From contig OX638150.1 in assembly GCA_951804945.1 (NCBI GenBank), positions 38,316,001 to 38,380,000 on the forward strand: DNA of 64,000 nt, read 5' to 3'. Each line of letters begins with the position of its first letter. Positions within the stretch are counted from its first letter, which is position 1. Source of the stretch: Podarcis cretensis (taxonomy: Eukaryota). This document shows, piece by piece, positions 25,130 through 35,664 of this stretch. Both the position numbers and the translations under genes were made by a program. Under the pieces are notes generated by a model. It was not told the DNA's origin and made no database searches. It saw only the letters and a program-made list of their open reading frames with translations.

Positions 25130-25928
25130 AGGGAAAGTGTATTATTTTGATACAAGCATTTTACAATGTCCCTCATCAAGGCTCCTGAGTATGCTTAGTA
25201 GTCATAGAATAAAAGTATGAGGTTTCTTATGGGTTAGTAATTGGCTAAAGAATGGAAGGCAGGAGGAGATGGACAGTTCTCAATGAAGGCAAGAAACAAT
25301 AGCTGATTATCAGTACTGTATCTGGCAGGGCCAGCCCAATACTTTTTGGCACCTGAGGCAAAACCCAAAATGGCGTCCCTCCTTGGAAGAAGGGGCGATT
25401 GCAGATCTACATCAGGAACAAGGGGGAAATAAAGATCAATGTGGGATCGGCTGCCGCTGGCGAGCCTGCTGCTGCCCCTCAGCTGCCCCTATCTGGTGCT
25501 ATTCAGTTTGCTCATAAACAAGTCTGTGATGACTAGGGAGAAAGTTAAGGATGACATCAAATTATTCAGGATGGGGGAAACCAAAGCAGACTACAAAAGG
25601 CTCCAAGAGGGACTTTCCAAACTAGGTAAATGTAGGGGCAGGAGGCAAATAAGATTTAATGCAAACAAGTTTCAAAGATGGGTAAAATGAGCTGACACAA
25701 TAAAATTGATTAGCAAAATAATCAAGACAAGCAAAAGGAAGTACACAATGTAAAGTTCATCTATGGTGTTCACTGCTATGAGATGGGATGGCAACCAGCT
25801 TAGATGGCTTTAAAAGAGATTAGACAAATTCACAGAGACCAAGGCTATCAATGTCTGACAGTCATGCTGGCTAAGTGGAACATCCATCTTCAGCAGCACT
25901 GCGGCATGTCATAAAATGCTAGTTGTTG
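25130..25928 (+). mobile_element. Degenerate CR1 LINE RT fragments and 3' end
   Basis: AF.NVPHQ, WVSNWLK, DDIKLFRM...RLQEGLSKLG...QIRFN; CR1 3' motif gatggctttaaaagagattagacaaattc. Confidence 0.8.
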
Positions 25929-26071
25929 NNNNNNNNNNNNNNNNNNNNNNNNNNNNNNNNNNNNNNNNNNNNNNNNNNNNNNNNNNNNNNNNNNNNNNNN
26001 NNNNNNNNNNNNNNNNNNNNNNNNNNNNNNNNNNNNNNNNNNNNNNNNNNNNNNNNNNNNNNNNNNNNNNN
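25929..26071. other. Assembly gap (143 N)
   Basis: Run of N. Confidence 1.
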
Positions 26072-26699
26072 TGCTTGGTCACAGAGTGAAACAGGTGCTG
26101 TAATATGGGAGTCAGAAAACGGGTATCTTCCAATCTTCCAACTCTCATCAGCTGCAGCCACTATAGGGAGCTGTAGTCCAATAATTGGGGGGAGGCAGAT
26201 CCCCTGCTCCTGCTGTACTAGATAGATGATTGTGCTGATTCCATAGGGACTGGGGTTGAAGTCCAACAATCTGCAGAGGGTCACAAGTTCCACACTGCTA
26301 CTTTAGCAGAAGCTGTTAGACTCTCTGGCGAGCTGCATTTTTGCTTTCTCATGCATCTGTAATCTTTCCCTGTTTATTGGGAGGGGTTGGAGTTGGGAAA
26401 TCAAGTGACCTTATATAATCAAATCCAAGAGGCCAGGTGAAAATAATATTTTGGGCTATTTCAACTGATTGCAGACTGTACGGTAGAAAAAAACTGCAAC
26501 TGTATAAATCAGCAGTTTTAATCTTCGAAACTGCTGTTATTTATCCATGAACTAGACTGATGGTGTTTATCTTGTTAGAGCGAGGGCTCCACCTATCCAA
26601 ATCAAACAACCATCCATCTCATTCATTTTTCAAGAAAATAAAATGGTGCACTCATTTTTCTTTATATCATCCCATAGCAGATATATCCTTTAAGGAAAC

Positions 26700-26823
26700 A
26701 GATACAAAACCAGCACATAACAGCCTCATTTTGCATTCTATGTATTTTAGGGTGTCCTCTTTACTCTGACTCATGGACTAGATACAATCTGCACCAAGAA
26801 CACTTTAGGTCTTTAAAAATGCT
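26700..26823 (-). pseudogene. RCVRN: Possible RCVRN exon 2 remnant
   Basis: pyrimidine tract + ag|SIFK (~AIFK), then EDTLKYIECKMR (~ENTPEKRAEKIW). Confidence 0.4.
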
Positions 26824-28185
26824 CTTTACTACTCAGAGGAAGAATAATAAGGGGGGGGGACAACCTTGATTTTATTTGCTTCGCATATCTGCTGCAAGAC
26901 TTCACAAAAGATGAATTTCCCACATGGAAGTGACTTCTGTATAGAAAATTGCATGAAGTGCCATATACTGTGTCATACAGGTCTTCACACAATGACCTTT
27001 ATGAAACAGTACCATGGTCTTATGGAATGCAGCCCATTTTACAGCCCCAGATCCACCCAACTCTGGTGCCTTTCTATGATGTATGTAACTCTTCCAAGAG
27101 CATATGCTATCATAGGATACCACCAAAAAGGACTTCCATGGCAGGCCAAGTGACATAACAACTGAATCCATGTAAGTAAAGCCATCAAAGATACCAAATA
27201 TGATACCTAAAGTAAAAGCTTTCCCATGCAACATATTACCGGTACTTCAGAAAACTATTTATTATTGTTATTTGTATTATTAAGTGAAAAAACACTTGCA
27301 AAACAAAGTGCTGTAAAATAAAAGATAATTCCTGCATAAAACTGAAATATCACACAAATTCTAAATTTTGTACAAATTCAGGATTTGAAAATTTCCCAGA
27401 GTCAATTGATGGCTCAGGAACCAAGACAACATTTTGCAAACCATATTCACATTTTTTTTAAAGTTCTACTTGATTGTAGTAATCAACAATCTTCTAAGCA
27501 GATACCAACAGAGTCTGATGACTCTTACTGCCTAGTTTGATTAATTCAGACTGCAAAGATAAAAAATCAGCACATAAAACTGAAATTTGACTCATTTTGC
27601 GCTCTATGTAACCTCAGGGATCTCCTTATATGAACCAGCCTGGACCATGTGGCTGCATCTGAAGGGACATAGTATTTTATCTTTGACTGGGACATAGTCT
27701 CTAGGATGTTTTTGGCACCTCAAGTCTATCATTGCTATGAGGCTGCTACAATCAACATGAGGTCACCAAGGCCAAACAAGTAAACAAATTATACTAGAAG
27801 GAGTAATTTAGGCATCCTTCCACAAACAATTCCTTAAAAGTAAGAGGCATAATTTATCTCTAATGCCAAAATCAAGTCATGGATCTGTAAACAGAGTTAC
27901 AATTTATACTGAATCTTCAGAAGATGGAGCATTTGGTTTGCAAAGTTAGAAAACAGGGCACAAATAGTCATACTGAAGTTAGAAGTGCATACCTTAAATG
28001 ACATGCATGGAAAAAGTAAAATTATTACAAACAGAAAGAAGTGTTGTCTAATTCCACAGGAATCTGCAACTTTGGTATAAACATACTGAAAGGGCTGTTT
28101 TTAAAGAAATATAAAAGCTGTCCCAGTGTACAACAGTAAATGAAAGAAGGTTTTACTCAGTACTGGTGAGGGTGAGAAGAGAATT

Positions 28186-28595
28186 TGTAATTACTTCTAG
28201 TAATGCCGTATATCGAGGATGATTCAAACTGGAGAACATGAATGCAGAAGAGTAATACTTTAGACATGTTTTGAATTCTCCTTTGTAACACTCAGAAGAG
28301 ATGCAGAGCAACCCAATATTGCAATTGCTAAAATTATCTACCTCAGGTTATTGGAAGCTTCTGGAAACATCTGTGTAGCAAATGTTTGCTGGTTGCTCTG
28401 ATGTAGCAGCAGCTCTATGTACAATTGCCTGGGGTCCTAGAAGCAGCCAGTGGATCTCTGGGCTCCTCAGAAAGTTTGAACCATGGGCCAGTGCCCCACT
28501 TGTCCCCACCCCACCCCCGCCGGCCTATACTTTGGAGTCTAGTTCTAAATCAGTATCTGTGACTGACCTTCAACCGTCCCAGTTCCAGTGTGGCA
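28186..28595 (-). pseudogene. RCVRN: Decayed recoverin pseudogene, exon 1 remnant
   Basis: Collinear blocks across frameshifts: DLELDSK~ELQLNTK, WFK/FLRSP~WYQSFLKDCP, LY~IY, FA..VSRSF~YA..VFRSF, YWVALHL~YVIALHM, LLEVIT~VLEIVM. Near-expected spacing, and the syntenic position and strand of RCVRN. Confidence 0.7.
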
Positions 28596-29079
28596 AATTA
28601 AGCTGCTCTTTGTCATCCTGCCTTTTTAGCTGAGCAGTTTAATAGCAAATCCTATCAGGAAGCTGTGGATGGCTTTCTGCACCTTAGGGACCAGTCTTCC
28701 CCTAGTAAATGTCTCCTACCCAGCCATATCCTCAATTAGAATTCACCACATGAGTCTTGGCCATTGCAAAATGAGTTCTCCGTCCCCTGCTGTTGAACAC
28801 TATTTAATGTGAATCGTGGTCACTACATGATGGCCCCCAACTGACACTGTGAATTGTAACAGACAATGAAGCCACTGTCAGGGTACCAATCCCCTCAGCA
28901 AATATAATAATCGGAAGAGCAATTACTCCCAGTTTTTGAAGGGCAGAAGACTCCTTCTTCAGACTCTCTGTTTGAGAGAACATTTGACAAAACGCAGAGG
29001 CTGCTAAGGAATTTACTTCAGAATTGCCAGTTTGGAATAATTGGCTGTAAGCCAGAGGAAGTCTTGTGTGCACGCATAG

Positions 29080-29122
29080 ACACAGACAGACAGACAGACA
29101 CACACACACATGCGTGCGCGCG

Positions 29123-29160
<38 letters not shown>
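29080..29160. repeat. Compound microsatellite (GACA)n(CA)n(CG)n(CA)n
   Basis: Seen directly. Confidence 0.95.
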
Positions 29161-29161
<1 letters not shown>

Positions 29162-30313
29162 ACTTCTTACCTTACATCCTTTTCTCACTGCAACTTCATA
29201 ATCCATTTAATTTCAAGATAATACTCTACAGAAGCACAGCTGCTGTGTTCTTTACTGATTTGCTGCCTTGTTATTATTATTATTGTTATTAGTATTAAAA
29301 TTTCTATACTGTCCTATACCTGCAGGTCTCACAGTAGTTGCAACATAAAAACAGGATATGAAAACACAAAATACATAATAAAAACAAAAGCTACCCAGTC
29401 CAAGAAATGTCATTCTCTGTAAAACTCAGCAGGGAGGCAGATGGTGGCAAAACTATAATATGATGACTCTACTGGTCATTGGCTCTGGTTCCACTTACTG
29501 TCGGTCTCCATGCTTTCCACCCGACCAGTGAATACCACTGTTTCTATGAGTAACAACTCATGTCTGAGGCAACAATCTACCCTTAAGAACTTCTGAGGTA
29601 AAGCAGAACAAGAATATCCTCTGCTCAGCCAGCCCTTGCCTTCCTGGTTGCTCTAGAAACTGCTGCTAGTTAAAACCTACTCACAGGGCTGGTAGCAGTT
29701 TTTATTCACCCCCCACCCCCCGAAGAAACCCTAATACATTGTTAACCAGGTGGGTCTATGGAATGCCTACTAAAATACCCAAAATATACATAAACTACTA
29801 GGCAATGTGTACATCAAGTATAGGTGGGTTTTGCAGATGACACTGTAATGTGAAATGACACTGAAACATGTTTCTATGTGACAGGAAAAGGAAGTTTTCT
29901 TTACCATGGATTTCTGTTTTCTGAGTTTTCTGTACAATAGTTCTCAACGCTGGGGTGGCGCCTTCCCTTGGAGCATTATAGGCAGGGTCAAGTTTTGATG
30001 AACAAAGACGCCTTTGCAAGGAAACAGCAGTCACTTTTTAAGGTGCCAGAGATTTCAGACCAATGGCTGTCTCTCCTTGGAGGTCTTTTTTAACCGAAGT
30101 TGGATGGCCATTTGACAGGGATTCTTTAGCTGTGATATTGGGGACCTGAGTGAAATAAAGCCTGCCTTTAGGTTCCTTCCAGCTCTGCAACTCTATGATT
30201 CTATGACCTCAACATCTTATTTTGTGACACCACTGGGTCAGCGTAACAGAAAAAAAGGAGCTGATAGCATGCTTTCTGCTGTGTTGCAGTATCACCACGG
30301 AAGATGGTTAAGG

Positions 30314-30449
30314 CAGTGTTTCCCAACCTTGTGCCTCCAGCTGTTTTTGAACTACAACTCCCATCATCCCTGACTAGCAAGACCAGTGGCAAGGGATGAT
30401 GGGAATTGTAGTCCAAAAACAGCTGGAGGCACAAGGTTGGGAAACACTG
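30314..30449. mobile_element. Palindromic hAT-type MITE; more diverged relatives near 4200, 11190, 18000, 20900, 26100, 42490, 53978, 58160
   Basis: TIR CAGTGTTTCCCAACCTTGTGCCTCCAGCTG, perfect 8-bp TSD ggttaagg (30306-30313, 30450-30457). Confidence 0.9.
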
Positions 30450-30663
30450 GGTTAAGGGGTATCGTTACAGCAATTGACTCAATAGGGTCCAAGAGGGTGA
30501 GCCTGTTCCTATTCATTGAAATTCTGCCTCCTTGCATCCCGATGCATGTTAATCCTTTTCTATGTACTGATGTACGCATGCACATAATCATGTGGATTAA
30601 TTCGAGTGTGGTCACAGAAATCCTGCTGCTTATTAGTGAAAATAACAGTTCAGTAACACAGCA

Positions 30664-30686
30664 TTTAATGGACTGTACAGTTTATT
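30664..30686 (-). terminator. Candidate GAS7 polyadenylation signals (AATAAA 30686-30681, ATTAAA 30669-30664)
   Basis: Tandem hexamers with UGUA elements at the end of a long AU-rich tract. Confidence 0.5.
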
Positions 30687-33600
30687 TTACATGAGATGAG
30701 ACAAAGCTTTTCAAGTGCATAATACAAACTTGCTAAAATAGAGGAAAGTACAAAGTTTATGGAAATGTTTGTACATAAGACGGGGGAAAATGTATAGCAA
30801 ATACTTTCAACATTTAAGGGCTAGATCTGTAAATGGGGTAAATCAGTGCAACTCCAGTGATATTAACATTTAGGAGACATACCTGAACTGACAACAAGGC
30901 CCTTAAATTTTAACGAGTATTTATTTACCTCTTCAGCTGCAGTGTTTTAGTCATACAATTGCATGGGACAAAAAAGCCACATTAACAGTTTTCACAATGA
31001 TTAAAGGCTCACTGCTGTTATTGATACACAGAGCTTACAGTAGAATTAAGTTTTTAAATGTCTAGTCAGCCCAAAAATCTGCAGCTAAGTATTATTACAA
31101 AGTTCAAAGCCATTACTGCTGGTAGAGGACACATTTGACTGTAAAAATTTAGAAAGTGTTTAGTAAAAGGTACAGGATAAAAAGACGAGATAAGCAATGC
31201 CATTTTTAAAAATCTCTTTTTTTAAAAAAACTGTTTTGGGGAGAGCTAGTTGCTGGCCAGATCTGCCCTCCAAATCTATTATATCTGCAAAACTGAATTG
31301 TGCACTTTCAATTTACTCATGGATGGTAAAAAGAAATACATTGTGAATTTGCTTATCCATATAGCCTGTGATAAGCCTACAGTGTTTGGAAACACAAGTT
31401 TTGATAACAGGGAGTGTTGCTTTCATAAGGCTACTCTGACATGGGAGACACACAGTGAATTCAGATTCACTGGGAAAATAGACAACCAAATACAGGTAAC
31501 AGAAATTTCAGTGTACACCAATTTTGGAAAGGAACACAAGGATATATTTGCCAGAAATCAAAGTCAACAATCATAGTTAAGGATGTTTAAGGCTGCAATC
31601 CTATGCACATATCTTGGGAAAACTTCCTTCTGAGTAAACATGCATAAACTGCAAGCTCCATTGATTGCAACCAATTCACTTTGCTATTCATTAGATTGTA
31701 GCCACCTTCACTTCCTTGCTCTGCAATAAACATTATTGCTACTACATAGACATGATGAATTGGGTACTCAAACACTGAAGTTAGTCTTGAGTTTTTCTGC
31801 TAACCGTATTCAATGCACATTAGGGTCAACCAATTTAAAAATATTGACAGAGTGAAATTACTACTGTCTACAAACCCCAAACATCCAAAAGGTTCATTAC
31901 AATTTCCATTAAAAGCATCCTCTTCACTTGCAATGCTTATGTAACAGAACCACTAGAGAAGAACATCGGTTTGAAACGAATGCTGCCAAACTTGGAATCG
32001 GTCTGCTTAAATGTTACTGGGCACTCGCTCAAAACTCGGGACAACCTAGGGCATAAAAGGCCCTGCACCACTTTTTCAAGGAGTGTTATGTGATTTTCCA
32101 CTAGCATTATTACTGTAAAAAATTCTATATTAAAAGTGGACTATATTAAGAGTGGACTATGAGCTCAGAACTGTAAAATCTAATAATCTGAGGTGGATTT
32201 GTAATCTCTAAAATATTATTTTGCTGTTGTTTATTCAAAATGCCCAAACTGGTTGTGCTTTAGACTTACAGCAAGATCTTGCTGGAGTTTGCTTGTGATA
32301 AGAGCAGCAAAGGAAAATAACACACACCCCCCCAAAAAAAATATCCCAGATTGAGTATTTGAACACAACTGAAAATATGTCTGTTCTTTACATCCCTTCT
32401 AGATTAAAACCAATCTTATCCAAGATATTTCAACTTAATATAAGTTGGGGGGGGGAATTTTCTATTTCTCTCCATTTCCAATTCTCTATGCTTCCAAAAC
32501 ATTGGCATTCCTGCCGCCGCCCCCTCCAAATAAGGTTCTTCTTATTTTTTTATTTTTACATGGTCCAAACGTTAGAATAAGAGCATTTAGCTAGATTTCA
32601 ACAGTATTTGGCACCGTGGAGTGCATAAGGACTAAGAAAGTATCGGCAAGATCCGTATCTTGCTGAAATCAATGGCATACCATTGGTTTTCTGGATCACA
32701 CCATAAACAAACCAAGACAGCTGAGCAGAGAACATATCATAGAAAGGAGCCACCATATCACAATGAATTATGTAGAATACACAGCAGAGGCTCAAGATAG
32801 GCTTGCTGTAAAGTAAATTTCCAAGCACTTTAAAAAAAATTGTAGTTACCTAAATCGACTTTTTCAAAAAGTATCTGTACCAATCCTGATAGCAGGTGGA
32901 GGGTTTTCAGGAGGCGTAGGGACAAAACCCCAACTTTGAAATCTGACAAAAATTGTTGTCTGAAATTAGACCACAGCGAAGTATTCTGAAGCATGTATGA
33001 GTGGGCACAGAATGAATGGACATCAAACTAAACATCAGGAAGACTCACTGCCATGTAAGTTGAAGTCCCAGTCATATGGGAATGTCAAGTTTTGGGGTGC
33101 AGTGTTCTTTGTTTCATACCAATTATGGGATAAAAGAACTATTGTCTTGCTCCACAATGAACAAAGGCCGCAAGATTCTCAAAACATCACCTTAACAGAC
33201 GTACACAACCATTAGTTCTACAAACACATTGGTTGACTTGCTTATACGAAAAGTGAAGGAAACAAGAGTCACACAAAAGTCAAGCAGGAGAACCCCATGC
33301 ATGATCAGCAAAATGTAAAATACATGCAGTGCCACCTCCAGGCACAGTGTATGGTTACATAATGCTAAATGTGAGCATGTACACTAGTCAAATTGCTGGG
33401 AACCTTTTAAGTTTTTGCCTGCCAAATGCAACTGCATGCTATGCCTTTGAGGTTAAAAAAAAATCCACTGTAACACATCTTAGTTACTAGGTATTGTGAT
33501 TTACGGACAGGATCTGAGAGACAACACCTTTGGTGCAAGTACTGATAGAGCACAATCAGTTCCGAGTTCATGCAACCAACGAATGTTCACTGTTGGAGAC

Positions 33601-35368
33601 ATACTGAGCTCAAGGTATTGGACTGGACAAAGTCTACTTATTTACACTATTCACATATCTTTATCCACATTATATACACAAGTACTGACACTGCTAAATC
33701 AAGGCCATATCTGCACTACAGATTTCACCCTCTCTGACAGTCGTCATTTGCTCTTCCTAGGTAAGCCTGGGAACTGTACTTTTGAGGTGACGACTAGATA
33801 TAGCTCTAACAGAGAATTTGCCATAATTTCACCCAACTATATTTTCCAGGGCTCTTTGGAAGAAGATATCACTTTTAAACTAGCACGACGAAATCACTAT
33901 TAGTTTCTAATGGAAATATGTACCATGTGTAGAAGCTTCCCACTCAACACTTCCCAATGAGGGATTATTTTAGATGCTTGATCCCACCTCCACAACTGTT
34001 GTTGCAGCTATGGGGGCGAAAATCCTTGCAAGATGCGTATTTTGTTATTTCCCTGCTTGATAACAAATCTGGGGCATCATGGATACATCTCTGCTACACT
34101 TCCCTATGCCCCACTGTATCGTATAGTAATAGCCTCGTCAGCCTCTAAATTCTATAGGTCTGCTGAATTAATTTGTAAGCAAAAAAAGGGGGGGAGGGAA
34201 TCAAAAGGGAGCTTATGATCAGCAACTGCCAAACAAACTTAGATCAGTTATCAGTATCCCGAGTGTCTCATGCCATGTAGCTGTGCAAGCTAAATCTACA
34301 CGAAGTTTTAAGAATCATTTCACGCCCCCCCCCCGCTCCTTTCAAAATGGTTGCCTGCTCATTTCATCAGATGTTCTTTCGTCCTTGTATTCTCAGGCTC
34401 GTGCCCTTATGCTCACCTGTCACATTTCCCCCTACTCCCACTTTTTAAAGATGGAAATGTAAGCCCTTTTGTGCTCATAGCCATCCTTACGATGGCACTT
34501 CTGTGCTGTTTTCACATCAGAGCCTGGCTAATAATGGAACACTGGATCAGAATGCAGCTGTGAAGGCAGCCCAAGTAGCATTGCTAAGCAAAGCCTAGAA
34601 CAAACCTGCATTGTCTGTGACAGAAAATAGCAGAAAAATTTGCTTTCCCTTCCCATTTCACGCTATACAGAGGCAGGGCAGCTGGCAAAATTCTGAACTG
34701 GATGTAGGAAAAAGTACACAACAGAACAACAGATGTATGAGAAGGAATTCAGAATTTTAATAGTGACTTCATCCCTGCTGTAGGGGAGGGAAGGGGGTGG
34801 GGAAATAAAAAATAGAAGGATGACTGTAGAGAACTTGAGCTTCTCCACAGTTCACAAAATTGAGCTTATGGACGATATACTCTGAAAGCATACGGAATAG
34901 TCCTGAATGCCTAAAAACACCAGGGCAGACATTGAAGCAGGGATTTAGCAGGTCTTGCTTAGGAGGCCTTGTGTTTATGAAAACATTGCAACCTTAATAA
35001 AACAATAATACTATGGAGTAAGCCCTAATTTACAAAGGGCTTACTTCTGAGTAAATGCATAGATTTGTTCTGTAAAAGATTACATCTAGCAGCGAGAGTA
35101 AAGCTATGTCTTAGGAACAGGTGGCATACAAAACTGGTATGTCCCTGAATAAAGTCAATGAGATTCTACAACAATTATGAAGAGACAGGTGCCCCAGCAG
35201 AACAAAGGGTGTGTGTGTGTGAAATATAGCAGCAGCAGATGGCTACACAAGGATGTCTGGCATGGAAGACAAGCACCATGCTTAGGTTTTATTCATAAAC
35301 TATGGATCATCTTTTAACTTACTGGGCTGTATTCAATTACAGCATCCCATCAGATCAAGGATTTCCAG

Positions 35369-35664
35369 ATCGGCTTGCCAGTTGGAACAATCCCCCCCTC
35401 CCACCGTGTTGTTCTGGGGGGCCCTCCTGCCTCCCAAGAACCAAATTTTGGGGGGTGCAGGAGGAGGAGATTGGGGGGGGGGAAGCCCTGCTGTAAAGGC
35501 AGGGCTTCTACTGATAGGGTTTATTAAATGAATCCCACCCATTCAGAGTAAGTGGCTTGTGGACTACAGTCAGTGAGTACCTGAGAGGGTATATAAAAAA
35601 GGACCAAGCCTTTCGTAAGGTCATCAGACCTATTACCTCATTTTCTTTTGTACTGAAAAACACA
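35369..35664 (+). repeat. Direct repeat copy 1 (copy 2 at 38854-39157)
   Basis: ~300 bp, roughly 90% identical by eye. Confidence 0.92.

Noticed and set aside
28382-28633. Plus-strand LLRKFEP resembling recoverin LIQFEP
   Set aside because: Wrong strand and isolated; it is the antisense of the exon 1 fossil.
28804-29157. 117-aa minus ORF with a hydrophobic stretch and GNSEV (resembling MGNSKS)
   Set aside because: Starts in a microsatellite without ATG, has no recognisable family, and is not collinear with the RCVRN blocks.
21473-30640. Intact RCVRN gene
   Set aside because: Only frameshifted remnants were found; the nominal 143-N gap is too small for the gene, though its true size is unknown.
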